This document shows positions 27,004-39,500 of a stretch of 64,000 nt of DNA, one piece after another. Every line of letters begins with the position of its first letter. The first letter of the stretch is position 1. Source of the DNA: Cycas panzhihuaensis (taxonomy: Eukaryota > Plantae > Cycadophyta); assembly GCA_023213395.1 (NCBI GenBank), contig CM041465.1, positions 69,385,741 to 69,449,740 on the forward strand. The letters run 5' to 3'. The notes under the pieces were generated by a model. It was not told the DNA's origin, did not search any database, and saw only the letters and a list, made by a program, of their open reading frames with translations. A program made the position numbers and the translations under genes.

Positions 27004-28171
27004 ATGACATTTACAATCATGGAGGAAAATGATGCGGTCATGCATGTTCCTGAAACAAATGAATACTACTTAAGGGATTCGTTTCTTCCAATACCTAAGT
27101 GTAATGGTAAAGACTACTTCTTTTGGATGATTAAAATGAGATGTCTTTTCATAGCTAGAGGTTTGTGGAAGTTTGTTACTGATGAATATAATATCCCTAA
27201 GGATGAAGAAGAAAAAGAAATACTTGAGAAGAAAGACAGAAAGACATTTATTATGATTCGTGCTGCATTCAATGAGGTTGATCTTCCTTCTAAATTCCAT
27301 TTTGTCATTCCTATGATTCTACATGCAAGTAATGCTAAAGAAGCTTGGGATTTTCTAAGGGAAATATTTGAACAAATCCCTGAAGAGACACAACGAATGA
27401 TGGAAAAGGCAATTAAGGTTATGGTATAGGTACAACAAATGAAGAAAATATCATCAACACTGATGAAACAGCATGTCAAGATGTAGAAGGTATGAGTACT
27501 GATAAAGTTTCTACTGAGTGTAAAGAAACGATGGTTGAATGCATTGATGAGACTACAACTATTAATGAAGACATTGAAAGTGATGAGTTGATAAAGGTTT
27601 ATATAGATGACACCATGATTTCAAGAGAGATTGAATATGAATCCGATGGTTCTATAAAGGATAAGTCTTATATTGATGATATTTTTACTTTAAATATTGA
27701 TTCAAGTTTGAATGATGTTTCTTCTTTGAGCATTGATTCAAGTTTAAAGAGTATGCAAGTTGATCAAGATTCCACTCTTAAGGTTGAAGAAATCACTGTT
27801 GTACATGGTGTTCAAGAGTTTATACAGGATAATGATGACATGCAAGTTGTGATTGAAGATGGTTGTTTACAGGATCTACATTAAAATCAGACTAGACCAG
27901 GCACAATAAATAATCAAAATTTGCACTTGCTAGAGCAACTACATCAACATCGTCACTACATAATTGAAGGTGGAAATCAAGCTGAGGATATCATCTTACA
28001 AAGGCATTAGTACAAAATCGAAGATGAAAATCAAGATGAAGACATCATTCTGCAGCAAAGACATCACTACAAGATCAAAGACAAATATCAAGTTGAAGAC
28101 ATCATTTTCAAGACATTTCTAAGGACAAAGCGTTGCAAATATAAATGGCCAAAATGTGCATTAAGGAGGAG
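27004..28171 (+). pseudogene. Copia gag-like ORF of element B with an acidic extension and repeated C-terminal peptide
   Basis: IPKCNGKDYFFWMIKMRCLFIARGLWKFV..SNAKEAWDFLREIF (Copia gag N-terminus). One frameshift at ~27400-27420 leads into the D/E-rich ORF 27492-27884. The frame continues past TAA 27882 and TAG ~28008 into the 3' LTR. Confidence 0.8.
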
Positions 28172-28405
28172 TGTTGGAATATTAATGCACATTTATTTTG
28201 TCCCACATGCAAGTGGGTTCCACTCTTACTATATTGACTTGTATTATAAATACACAATATTGTGTATTATATTATATCTGTTGTAATTATGTTATAATGA
28301 TGTTTTGTTAATATAATGGAAGTACCTTAAGGGTACCGTTCGATCTTGGAGGTGTTTGTTCTGTTTGTGAATATCTTATTGCGGGTTCTATTTTCTAACA
28401 GCTTA

Positions 28406-31190
28406 GACTAGTAGAAAGCCAAATGTTAGTCATCTAAGAATATTTAGGAGCATTGCATTGGAAAATATCTCAAGAGAAAAAAAGATCAAGCTCAATGAAA
28501 AAAACACAAAATGTATATTTATAGGTTACAGTGAAAACTCTAAAGCCTACATATGCATCAAACTTGAGACAAATGAAGTCATTATAAACAAGGATATAAT
28601 CTTTGAAGAAAAACCCATTTTGATTGAATTACTATCAATAATTAGGTAAAGAGGCATCACAAAAATCTCTTATGTAATATTTAAAAAAGAAGTGCAAACT
28701 AAAGATCAACCAAGAGAAGAAGAGTGTTTAGAAGAAAAAAACTCACATAACGACGATGATCAAGAATCAACTAAAAGTCTATCATAGGGAAAAAACCAAA
28801 AATGGTATCTATCAAGCCTGTACGATTTAGGGATAAACCACCGAACAATAGAAAGAAGAAGACAAACAAGGTTAGAAAGTCATCTTAGAAATATTGGTGC
28901 ACTGAGGTGTGCCTTGAGCATAGACAAGGTCATATTCTTTAAAAATGCCCGAGTGGACAAGGCTTGAGATAAGGCCATGGATAAAGAAACCTCAATGATC
29001 TAAAGAAACAACACATAGTAATTAACTGAGCTTCTAAAAGATAAACAAGCCATAGGTTGTAAGTTGTTGATCAAAACAAAATTCAAACTAGACAAAATAA
29101 TAGAAAAACACAAAACTAGGTTGTCATTCAAAGGCTTCACTTAGATAAAGAAAATTGATTATGAAGAAACTTTTTCTCTAGTGGAAAAATTGATTAGCAT
29201 ACAAACCACTGTTATCATGGCTACTCAATTCAGTTGGAAAGTCTATCAAATTGATGCAAAAAGTGCATTCCTAAATGGAGACTTTGGAGAAGTCATTTAC
29301 ATGAAACAACCTTTGGGTTTTACTAAAAGGGGAGTAGAACGTTTTGTATGTATATAAAAGAAAGCTCTGTATGACTTGAAAGAAGCCCTAAGTACATGGT
29401 ATGAAAAGATTGATTAGTATCTAAAAAAAGATGGATTTTATAAAAGTGAATTTGGCCCAAGCCTCTACACATCAAATTTAAAAAATGAAAGTCTCATCAC
29501 TATTATAGCTATTTATGACGATGACCACCATATTACCGAAAGTGATGAAGACAATATCAAATTAGTAAAAAGGAATTTGATGCAAATGTTTGAGATGACA
29601 AACATAGGGATACTACACTACTACCTAGGAGTTGAAGTAGCCCAAGAAGAAAGAAGAACATTTAAAACTCAAACCAAGCATGTTAAAGAATTATTACTCA
29701 AGTTTAAAACAATTAATTGCAAACCAACTTCTATTCCTCTGGGAATTAGGTGCAAACTGACAATAGAAGGTTAAGGTCATGTAGTGGATGAAACATTACA
29801 CATGAAACAAGTAGGAAGTTTGATATATCTCACTTCCACTCATCATGATATTATATATGTTGTAGGAATTGTGTCTAGATTCATGAATGTTACACAAGAA
29901 ACCCATTAGAAAGCTATAAAAAAGTTTAAGCTACATATATGGAACCCTAGATTTTAAACTTGAATACATAAAAAATCAACGCTTCAAATTTGTCAATTTT
30001 AATGATTCAAATTTGGCTAGAGAACACAATGATAGGAAATCAACCTCTTAACTATTGTTTCAATCTTTGATCAAGGGCAATCTCCTAAAACAACAAGAAA
30101 AAAACATCAGTTACTGATCCCAAAGTAGAGCGTAATTGGTGAAGAAATCAATTACCAACTTTCCTCCTTGGGATCCTAGGGTGTTAGTGTAAAATTCTCA
30201 ATAATATCAAAACAAGAATGAGCCTATAAAAGGAAATTCTACACCAAATCATTCATACTTGCCATTGCTCCAAGGTAGGAAGAATAATACTTTTATTAAA
30301 CTAAAAAAAAACTCCATTTAATGGTGGGGAAAACAACTAGCAAAAGAATGGGCAAGTTACAAGGAATAGATGATACAATTATACCATAAGGGGGCCCCTC
30401 CAACCCTCCAAGTGCTTCCTGAATGATGCTCCCAATTCAAGTGTCTCTCACACACAAGAACCAAATCTCCAACATCATAAATGAGCTCAAGAGGGCTCAA
30501 TTTATAGAAAGAAACAAAAAATGCATGTTTAACAAGTGGCAATTATGCAAGTACAACCACTAACAATCAGAATGCATGTTGTCCAAGTGGCATTCATGCA
30601 ATTATGAAAAGTTATGGCTTGGTACCTAGGGCTAACAAACTCCAATTCGACTCAAATTCGATACACTTATATGTACACATGTCCCCTTTACTTCCTCAAA
30701 ATTTTAGCGCATTTAGATATCATTTGACTCCATTTTCATTGATTTAATAATAGTATGTATTTGTTATTTTTCTGTTGGCTATGGGATCAATTTTCTGCAA
30801 AACAAGACTTGCAATCTAATCAAATGATATTTTTTGAACTCCACCTTTTACACATATGTAGTAGGATTTGTCTTCTTCTTTTCCATAAAATTTCATATTA
30901 GTTTGACACCATTTGACCCTATCTCTTTTAGTGGTGCCAATGCGTAGCATTTTCTGCCTCGTGTAGACATATGGTAGATCCTCTTGGATCAATTGCACTC
31001 TTTAATTGAAGAAAAACATAAGGTAGTTGTAGAAGCCACTTGTGAACAAGTTTTTCTAAGAATAATTCTAGAAGATCTAAGACAAATTCAACATCATCCT
31101 GCAATGATCAACTGTGATAATTAGAGTATAATCAAACAAACAAAGAACCCTATCTTCCATGCTCGAATTAAATATATCAAGGTTCATCAT
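28406..31190 (+). pseudogene. INT C-terminus, RT and RNase H of element A, interrupted by a solo LTR
   Basis: RKPNVSHLRIF, KCIFIGYSENSKAY, IDYEETFS, DAKSAFLNGDL, KNPIFHARIKYIKVHH. Confidence 0.88.
30115..30991 (-). mobile_element. Solo LTR (877 bp) inserted in A's RNase H
   Basis: Termini TGATCC...GGATCA, degenerate TSD gttac/attgc. A's KKKTSV|ALS-like motif resumes after it. TATA-like ctataaa on the minus strand at ~30500-30507. Confidence 0.75.
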
Positions 31191-32844
31191 TCTTAGAATT
31201 ATTTCATGTTTACATAGGTTCACTACATTAAATTATGAGCCTTTCCCTTTGTATTGTACTTTAGTTATTTTCTATTATTATTGTATTAGAACGATAAGTC
31301 ATAGGGATTACTCAATCATTCAACATGTGTCACTTTAGATGCATATAGGTTACATTCGTATGAGTGTTTATATGCACATTAATTGTGTTGTAATTTTTAA
31401 TGAGATGAAGATTAATATAATTGGACTTTAGAAACTAATTTTGAAAGTGTGCTTGTGGTTATCTCTCTCTGTTATGATCTTGGTTGCATGCTAGCATGGT
31501 ATTAGAGCAGGGTTATGTGCATGCTTGAACATATTAGAATCTCTTTTGAGCAAGATTAGGTTCATGTTTGGTATAGTTTAAGATAAAATGAGCAAATTTT
31601 GATTGTTTTGGAGTCCAAAGATTAATTTTTTGAGTCTACGTAGTTAAATTTCAGTTGTGCTTTTTATATGTATGTTGCAACAAGTTTTGTTGTAAGGTTT
31701 CAGTATGTGGATCCCTGAGTGGATGCATTTAGGGATTGCATGTATAAATAGTGAGTGCTAGCCCAACATAAAATTTGAAAAAAAAAAGAAAAGAAGGAAA
31801 AAACTATGGTTTGAAATGTTAGGATCAAATAGTTGTGGGCATTTGCTAGAGCACATTTGAGTTATAGGATTTTCAAAGACAAACATCATTTAATGTCAAG
31901 TAAATATGAATCCTTTGAATTTAATAGATTGAGGTGTTTCATTAGAGTGGTGGTTTTATTGCTTTGTAGAATGTCAGTCACCATTATCAGAAGCTTAAAC
32001 AATCGATTTTACACCATCATTCAATTCACCATTACCCAACACTAACAATCCCAAAAGGGCCTCTTTCCAAATGTCGAGACTATGATAAAGGAGGAAAGTT
32101 TAATATTTGGTTGGACTTGGAGCTAGGAAGGAAGTTCCCTTTGATTATGAAGTGATTTGAATGCTCAAATCATTGAAACGAGGACATCCTCTTGTTGACA
32201 GATAGTTGTAGTAGGGTTCACTGAATGGATGTGAGTTTAAACACAGATGTAAAAATTTTAAACACCATTTGCATGCTATAAACATTCATGAGTAGGGATG
32301 TGAAGAAAAGTTGAATGAAGAAAGTTGCACCAACTAGCATGCAAATACGCCATCCCATGTTGAGTACTACCTAGCAAGTTTGAAATGAAGTGCAACTCAT
32401 TGAACGATGTTGAAGTAACCCACGAAGGATGAAGACCATTAAAAAATCATATGCATAACACACTAAAGCACACTAAAATCCCCCATAATTGCATGCACAA
32501 TACAAGATTTGAGAAGAATCAACATAAAAATCAACCAAAAAGATGAAAACCAATAGCAAAAAATGCAATAGTTCAAGAATATTCTGTGAATATTCTTATT
32601 TAAAAATTTGGTTAAAATTATTTTTTATTTTTCTAATGTTGTTAGAATATTAAATTATTTTTTATAATATTCCAAATCCAAAAAGTAGCTCTAGATCCTT
32701 AACTCCTAATCACATGGACCAAAAAGGGCTAAGGCCTTTTGATGTTGATCCAACCACCAATTTGAAAATAAAAAAACGTTGCCCTACTCAAATTTTCACA
32801 CTTTTTCATTTTGCAATGGTCACACAGACCACATCTGTACAATT

Positions 32845-32851
32845 AAAAAAA

Positions 32852-32902
<51 letters not shown>
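32845..32902. repeat. poly(A) plus (AT)n microsatellite
   Basis: Seen directly. Confidence 0.95.
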
Positions 32903-32904
<2 letters not shown>

Positions 32905-33508
32905 TTATTTTGAATTAAATATGACTACCTATGCATAGATCGAGGATGAAATTGAGCAAATTCCAACTACTTATACGTAGATTGAGGACATTAGGTAGCT
33001 TTTTCATTATAATTTTTGTTTTTTTTTGTTGTTTTTAATGGCTATTTTGTGGGGTATAATGCTATGCCAATTGAGGGTGGCATAATGGATTTTATCACTA
33101 AAAAATTAACTAGTTCTACTAATTATGTTGCATGGAAACATTACATGTATAGTTTTTTCATTTTAAATGATTTATGAAAGTATGTAAATAACTTAGTTAT
33201 GGGTAAAAATGTCATAAAATATAATGCTTTCACAACAAAATTGAAAGATGATTATTGTTTAGGTGGATTTGATGCTAAAATGCATATCTCTTGCGATTTT
33301 CTAAGTTTATTTATTAATGGTAGTCTTCTTGTAAATATCAAAGAGGTCACTACCCCTAAGCAAATTTGAAATATTGTTATCAACCTATTCAAACATAAGG
33401 ATGATGCAAGAACCTTGAAGTTAAAGAATCAATTATACAACTTAAAGCTTACAAGATCAATGATGGACAATTTGCGACATGTAAATCCATTCAAGACCAA
33501 CTAATCAT

Positions 33509-36500
33509 TGTTAGAAACCAACAAATATGCAAACATGATGCCAAGATTGTTTATGTACACAAAAGACTCAAATAGAACAAGCAACACAGAACAAATAGAT
33601 TTGACGTGGAAACCCTTTCGAGAAAAATCCACCACAAAATATACTATTATATTTTTGTAAATCTATGTGTACAATACAATGGGCTTTGATCTATATTTAT
33701 AGACTGTAAGTGCCTCAAATATTATAATTGAATTTATATTTGTTGGTCCATAATATCATGATATTACATCAATAATATTCGCACAATATTTCATCACAAT
33801 TACATTAGTTGGTAAGTGATTATAATGCCACTTTAACATGTCCTCTTAATGTAAATGTAGGGTCTTGAAGTCTTCTCAAGGATTGGTTTATCTATTTATC
33901 ATTGTTAATAGATCCCCCCCTTAAGGATAACCCCGCTAAATCTCAAATTTACACGAACATTGATGAAGCAATATTCAGTAAGAGCTTGGTGGACATGTCC
34001 TTAAGTTGATCTTCACTTAGATAAATTTCGACTTGCATCTTCTCTAATCTAATCAGCTCTCGGATGTAATGGTGCTATGACTCACATGTGCGTGATTCAT
34101 TGAAAGTATCTCCAAAAGTCCCTGCAACCATACAACTCTCTCTTGCACAGATACTTAATCCATGGAATCTAGCCTTTTCCTTGACTAAACCAAGAGTTTG
34201 AGCCACTTGAACCATGTAGATCTCCTCTTCAAGTCTCCATTAAAGAATGTTGACATCTCATTTATTTGATATGACTCCCAACTATCTGTAGTTGCCAAAG
34301 TAAGGATCAATGAGACTGAAAACAACATGGATACTAGTGCAAATGTCTCCTCATACATGATTCCTTCTTCCTATTTGAAATCCTGCGCATCAAGCTTTGC
34401 CAACTTACAAACTAGCTAGGTTCTTTAAGGGAGGTAAGGGACCCACATCGTACATATCAGTCCTTCACCAATGCAACTCTCCATTGCAGATCTCCTTTCG
34501 TTGGAATGTTGGTGTATATAACAAGTTTAATTAGGATGTTGATCTTTGTTCTTTAATCATCCTCTAGGCCTTAAACCATCATACTAGAGTCCTCAAAGGT
34601 CCTCCTAGTCCAAAATGGAACACAAGTGTTGCAATCCGTGCCTCCTTTTGCATTAACTCCTCATCAATATTCCCACTAGGTCCTGCTTTTGTCTCAAATA
34701 CAATGTTAGGTACACAAACCTCTATACCTGCTGAACCACGACTCGAAAAGGAAAGGAATGAAGGATAAAACCTATATTCATATAACATTTCAACATGATA
34801 CGTCATTAACTTTTCAATTTGACATTTAGATTAATCACAATGCTTTTCCCCTTACAGAGCACATAGTTTGTAAGTTTTGTTTCAAACCCCATACAAATAC
34901 ACTTTGAACTCTTGTGATCCTGTTGCAATGATCTTTGTCTAAGATGGATGCACTTTAATGCACCTCAAATACATAATGGAAGGTTTCTGACCAATCCAAC
35001 ATAACACATGGGTAATGCTACAAACAACCATAGAAAGAGGCATCGTTAACCAGTTGTCGCAACAACTTTTGCCCAAAAACAAGGGAGGGAAAATCTTACC
35101 AATCACCAAACACCTCTACATCACCATCATGGTACCATATTTTATTTGCAACACAATCATACTGGGGTATACAAAACAATCAACTCCTGTTTTATACCAT
35201 GACAAAGGTAGAACTAATTTTAAGGCATCTCATTATAGACCTTTCCATTGTCACTTCATTTTAACGCAAACACACAATCAAATCTACATTAGACTTGTTC
35301 AGATATGCACGAATGTTGAACCAGCATTCGACAGGCTATATACCTCATGCTAACATTCGTTCAACCACCAAAAGTATAATGGTCTACCACAATGATAACC
35401 ACTTATACAAACAGATCTATAAACAACAATTTTGAACCACTTTTACCTCATACATTTGATGTAAAAACACTAATATAACTGTAAATAAAAACACCACTTT
35501 CTTTAATATATAAATAAACCAGACCTTGTTATAATATGTGCAATGATCCACACTGTTTGCTTGCTCTGCAGCTTAGTATCTCCACACACCATGCCCCTTA
35601 TATCAATCAATGAACATAGACTGGCATTGATAGTGGGCCCTTTAATCACCTTGCCCTCTTATCAATCAATGAACATCACTGCTATTGATAACTCATGCCC
35701 AACAAGCTCTCTTATGTAAACACATATAAGAAGAGCATACCATTGTCACATATCACCAAACAATCACCAACAAAGTGTGCCCAAAGCACTCACTTTGCCA
35801 TCATATCACAAACATCACCTCATAATAATGAACAATACACTTTGCTTGCCCTGACATCACATACGTTTCACAGAGATCATACACATCCCATGTTGCCACC
35901 AAAAAAACAAAACTCGAAGACATGTCCACTTGCACCAAACGCCATATCCAATAATCTCAAAAAAAAAATTAGACTACTTAATATATCAAAAAACTACAAT
36001 ATTGAAGTAGCCTTAATACAACTTGAGATATGGTTTTAAAACAAAAGACAACTCCAATGTCAAAGGTTCCATAATATATATCTTATGCGCCTACTTTATA
36101 CATCAAAAAGTGTCTTCCTTAAGGCCAATATGTTTCAATGGGCGACTTTAATAAACAATGAAAAGTGATTTAAATAAATTAAGGGTGAAAAAATGACAAC
36201 GCACAAACATATTTGACGTAATTGCATCCAAATCCATGGCAAAATCATTTCGACAACTTTGCATGCGGTGGCTGGCGAATCTCACGTGACTAATATAAAT
36301 AAAAAATCAAAGATATGATTAAATCATCACACAATCAAATATTTTCAATGGCAAGGTTTATATAAATCACAGTCGATTTATATAAATCAAAGGGCATCAA
36401 AATGGTGACTCACCATCACCATGGCAATTTAAAAAAATCATGGGTGATCTGTGATTTTTCATGCAATAAATCAGTGACTTTAATCATCATAATCAACGAT

Positions 36501-39500
36501 CATTGAAATTGATATTATAACTAACATCAACATCAATTAATTAGGCGACTGAGTTTTAAAACAATGATCAATATTAGCAAACACAGGCGATATGATTATC
36601 ATTTCCAGATTGAATAATTTGACAGCAAATTAATAATCATCGGGGTGACTTTCATATCATTTGTGATCAAATATTCAACGGGTTGTTAGATTCACTTGAG
36701 AATAACAGAGAATATTGCTCCATGATTATTATTGAGGATACTAGTGATTAAATATATTTAGGGTTTGTAACTTCCCTTGAACTAACTTGTAACTGAAACA
36801 TTATAGAATGACACGTGTCATTTGGTTACATAAAAATAGAACTTAATCTAAGACCTTAGATAAAACATTATATTCCAACACCCTTTCTTAATGTTTTATC
36901 CTTTTAATCCTTTTTTGTCTCTAAGAATTTGGAATGTATCCTTTCCTAGTGCCTTTGTTAATGTATCAACCACTTGATCACCTGTAGGACAGTAGACAAG
37001 CTCTATTTCCTTGTTCTAGACCTTCTCTCGAATAAAGTGATGGTGTACTTCGATGTGCTTGGTCCTGGCATGAAGCACTGGATTCTTGGTGAGTTTGATG
37101 GCACTCTGATTATCTCAGTGAAGTGTTGTCGTTCTTTTTGAGGTTCCTCCAGGTTATTCATGAGTTGTCTAAGCCATATTGTTTCAGCAATTGCACTGAC
37201 TACTAATTTGTATTATGCTTCCGTAGATGATAGTGCTACAGTGGCTTGTTTTTGCTGCTACAAGAGATTGGTGCAGAACCCAAAAAGAAATAATGCCCAC
37301 TGGTTGTTTTCCTTTGTTCATTGTCACCTGCCTAATCCGAGTCAGAAGCCTGTCAGCTAGAGAGATTTCCCTTTTGGAAAAATCAATTTAAGTTATGTTG
37401 TACCTTTTAAATATCTCGAAATCTTCTTTGCAGCATTGCAATGTTTTGTTCTAGGCTCGTACACGGATCTTGATATCAGACCTACAACATATGAAATGTC
37501 AAGTCTAGTTGTTATGAGGTAGATGGGACTACCAATGAGTTGTCTATACATTATGGCATCAACACAAAATTCCTTCTCATTTGGAATTAAGTTGCAATTT
37601 ACTTCCATAGGAGTGGAACATGGATTAAATTCTTCCATTTGGAACTTAGTTAGCAAGTCCTAAATGTACTTGCTTTGGCACAAGGTGATTGAACTGCTCT
37701 ATTGATCAATTAGATTTCCAAATAGTAGTTGAGAAGTCCCAGATAAGTTGTCTTAAACTTGCTTTCTAGTTGACTCTTTATATCAAATATTGATTCCTCA
37801 TCATCAGTAGTGAGAATCATATTGTCAACATATACCACTATTATAGTGATTGTACCATTTTTTATTTTTATATATAGGCTTGAGTTTGAGCTGCTTCTGT
37901 GGAAACCATTCTTGAAAAGATGGTTATCCAATTTTGTATACTAGGCATGAGGAGTCTGTTTCAGTCCATATAGTGCCTTTTCTAGTTTGCAGACCAAGTG
38001 CTCTTGTCCTCGTTTGATGTAACCCTCAGGTTGTGACATGTAGACTTCTTCTATTTTACCATTCAAAAAGGAACTTTTGACATCTAGTTGGTATATCTTC
38101 CAGTTTTTTTGTGGTGCCAAAGCTATTACTGTTCTCACTGTGTTCAATTTGGCCACAAGTGAGAAAAATTTCTTCATAATCCATTCCTGTTATTTATGTG
38201 TAGTCTTTTGCAGCTATGTAGACCCATTTGTAATTCACAATAGATTTATTAGGTGGCAGTTCAATCAATTCCCAAGTCTGGTTTTTTATTATGGAATCTA
38301 GGTCAGCATCCATGGCTTTTCTCCACTCAATATGTTCTTTTACTTCAGTATATGATTGTGGCTCTACATGACTGAACAAGGCTCTGTGCTTTTGACTCCT
38401 TGTTTTGTGAGGAAGTATTTCCCCTTTTCGTTCCTCAATAGTTTTGAGGTACCACTTGGGAACCCTCTTTTCCTTTTTGCCTTCATTGGTCTTTGATTCT
38501 TCTGGAGAATCTTCTTCGTCTTCTAGAGTGGGATCTATGTGAGAAGCTTGAGGTGAAAATGATTCTTCTGAAATGTCCTCCGAAGATATGCTAGATTCTT
38601 CTTCTGCAGGACTGTCTAAAGGAGCTACCTAAGGTGTCTTTTCTATTACTCGGATCTGGTGTGTATCTTCTTCTGTCTTCTTCATTGAAGACAACATCTC
38701 AACTTACATACATTTTGTTTGACTTTGGATCTATGCATTTGTAGGCCTTGTAATTTTCGTTGTACCCAACCATAATGCATTCCAAACTTTTCGAATCAAG
38801 CTTTATTCTTTTGTCTGGTATGTGAACAAATTCTTGACTGCCAAACACTTTCAGATGACTCACATCTGGCTTCCTACCTATCCATGCTTCTTCTGGAGTA
38901 AGATGGTCCACTGCCTTAGTTGGGCTTCTATTCAATAAGTAGCAAGTTGTGCTAACCTCTTCAACCCAATATGTTTTTGGAATATTTTTTCCATGCATCA
39001 TGCTATGAGCCATTTCCACAATGACTCTGTTTTTCCTTTCTATGAACCCATTAAATTGGGGTGTGTAGGGCGTTGTGAATTGCCTTCATGTCCCATTGGC
39101 CTTACAATATTCCAAAAAGTCTTTCGAGATATACTCTCTTCTGCCATCGGATCTTATGCACTTGATTTTTCCCTCAATCTCTAGCTTTGTTTCAACTTTA
39201 AACTCTTTGAATACATTATAGACTTCTAATTTATTATGTAAGAAGTAGACCCAAAATTTTCTAGTTAAATCATCTATGAATGTGAGGAAGTATTTACTTC
39301 CATTAATGGAATGTGGAGTGAATGGGCCACATAAGTCAGTATGAATTAGTTTTAATTTTTTCTGGGCTCACCACTTGCTTTCTTGAAAGGGCAGCCTATG
39401 TTGTTTTCTAGATTGGTAGCTTTTACATACAAAATTATTTGATGTGATTGGGGGTAATCCCTTATTAAACCTTCCTTTTCCATGTCTTTTAATTTGTCTA

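Larger units (their letters stand above)
18414..28400 (+). mobile_element. Element B: non-autonomous gag-only (TR-GAG-like) LTR element carrying a MORC gene fragment
   Basis: 229-bp LTRs 18414-18642 and 28172-28400 (~16 differences, ~93%). TSD gcttg/gctta splits A's integrase at TPEEA|W. Degenerate PBS tagaatcagagc 18643-18654, PPT aaggaggag 28163-28171. No PR/INT/RT in its ~4.3-kb own interior. Confidence 0.93.
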
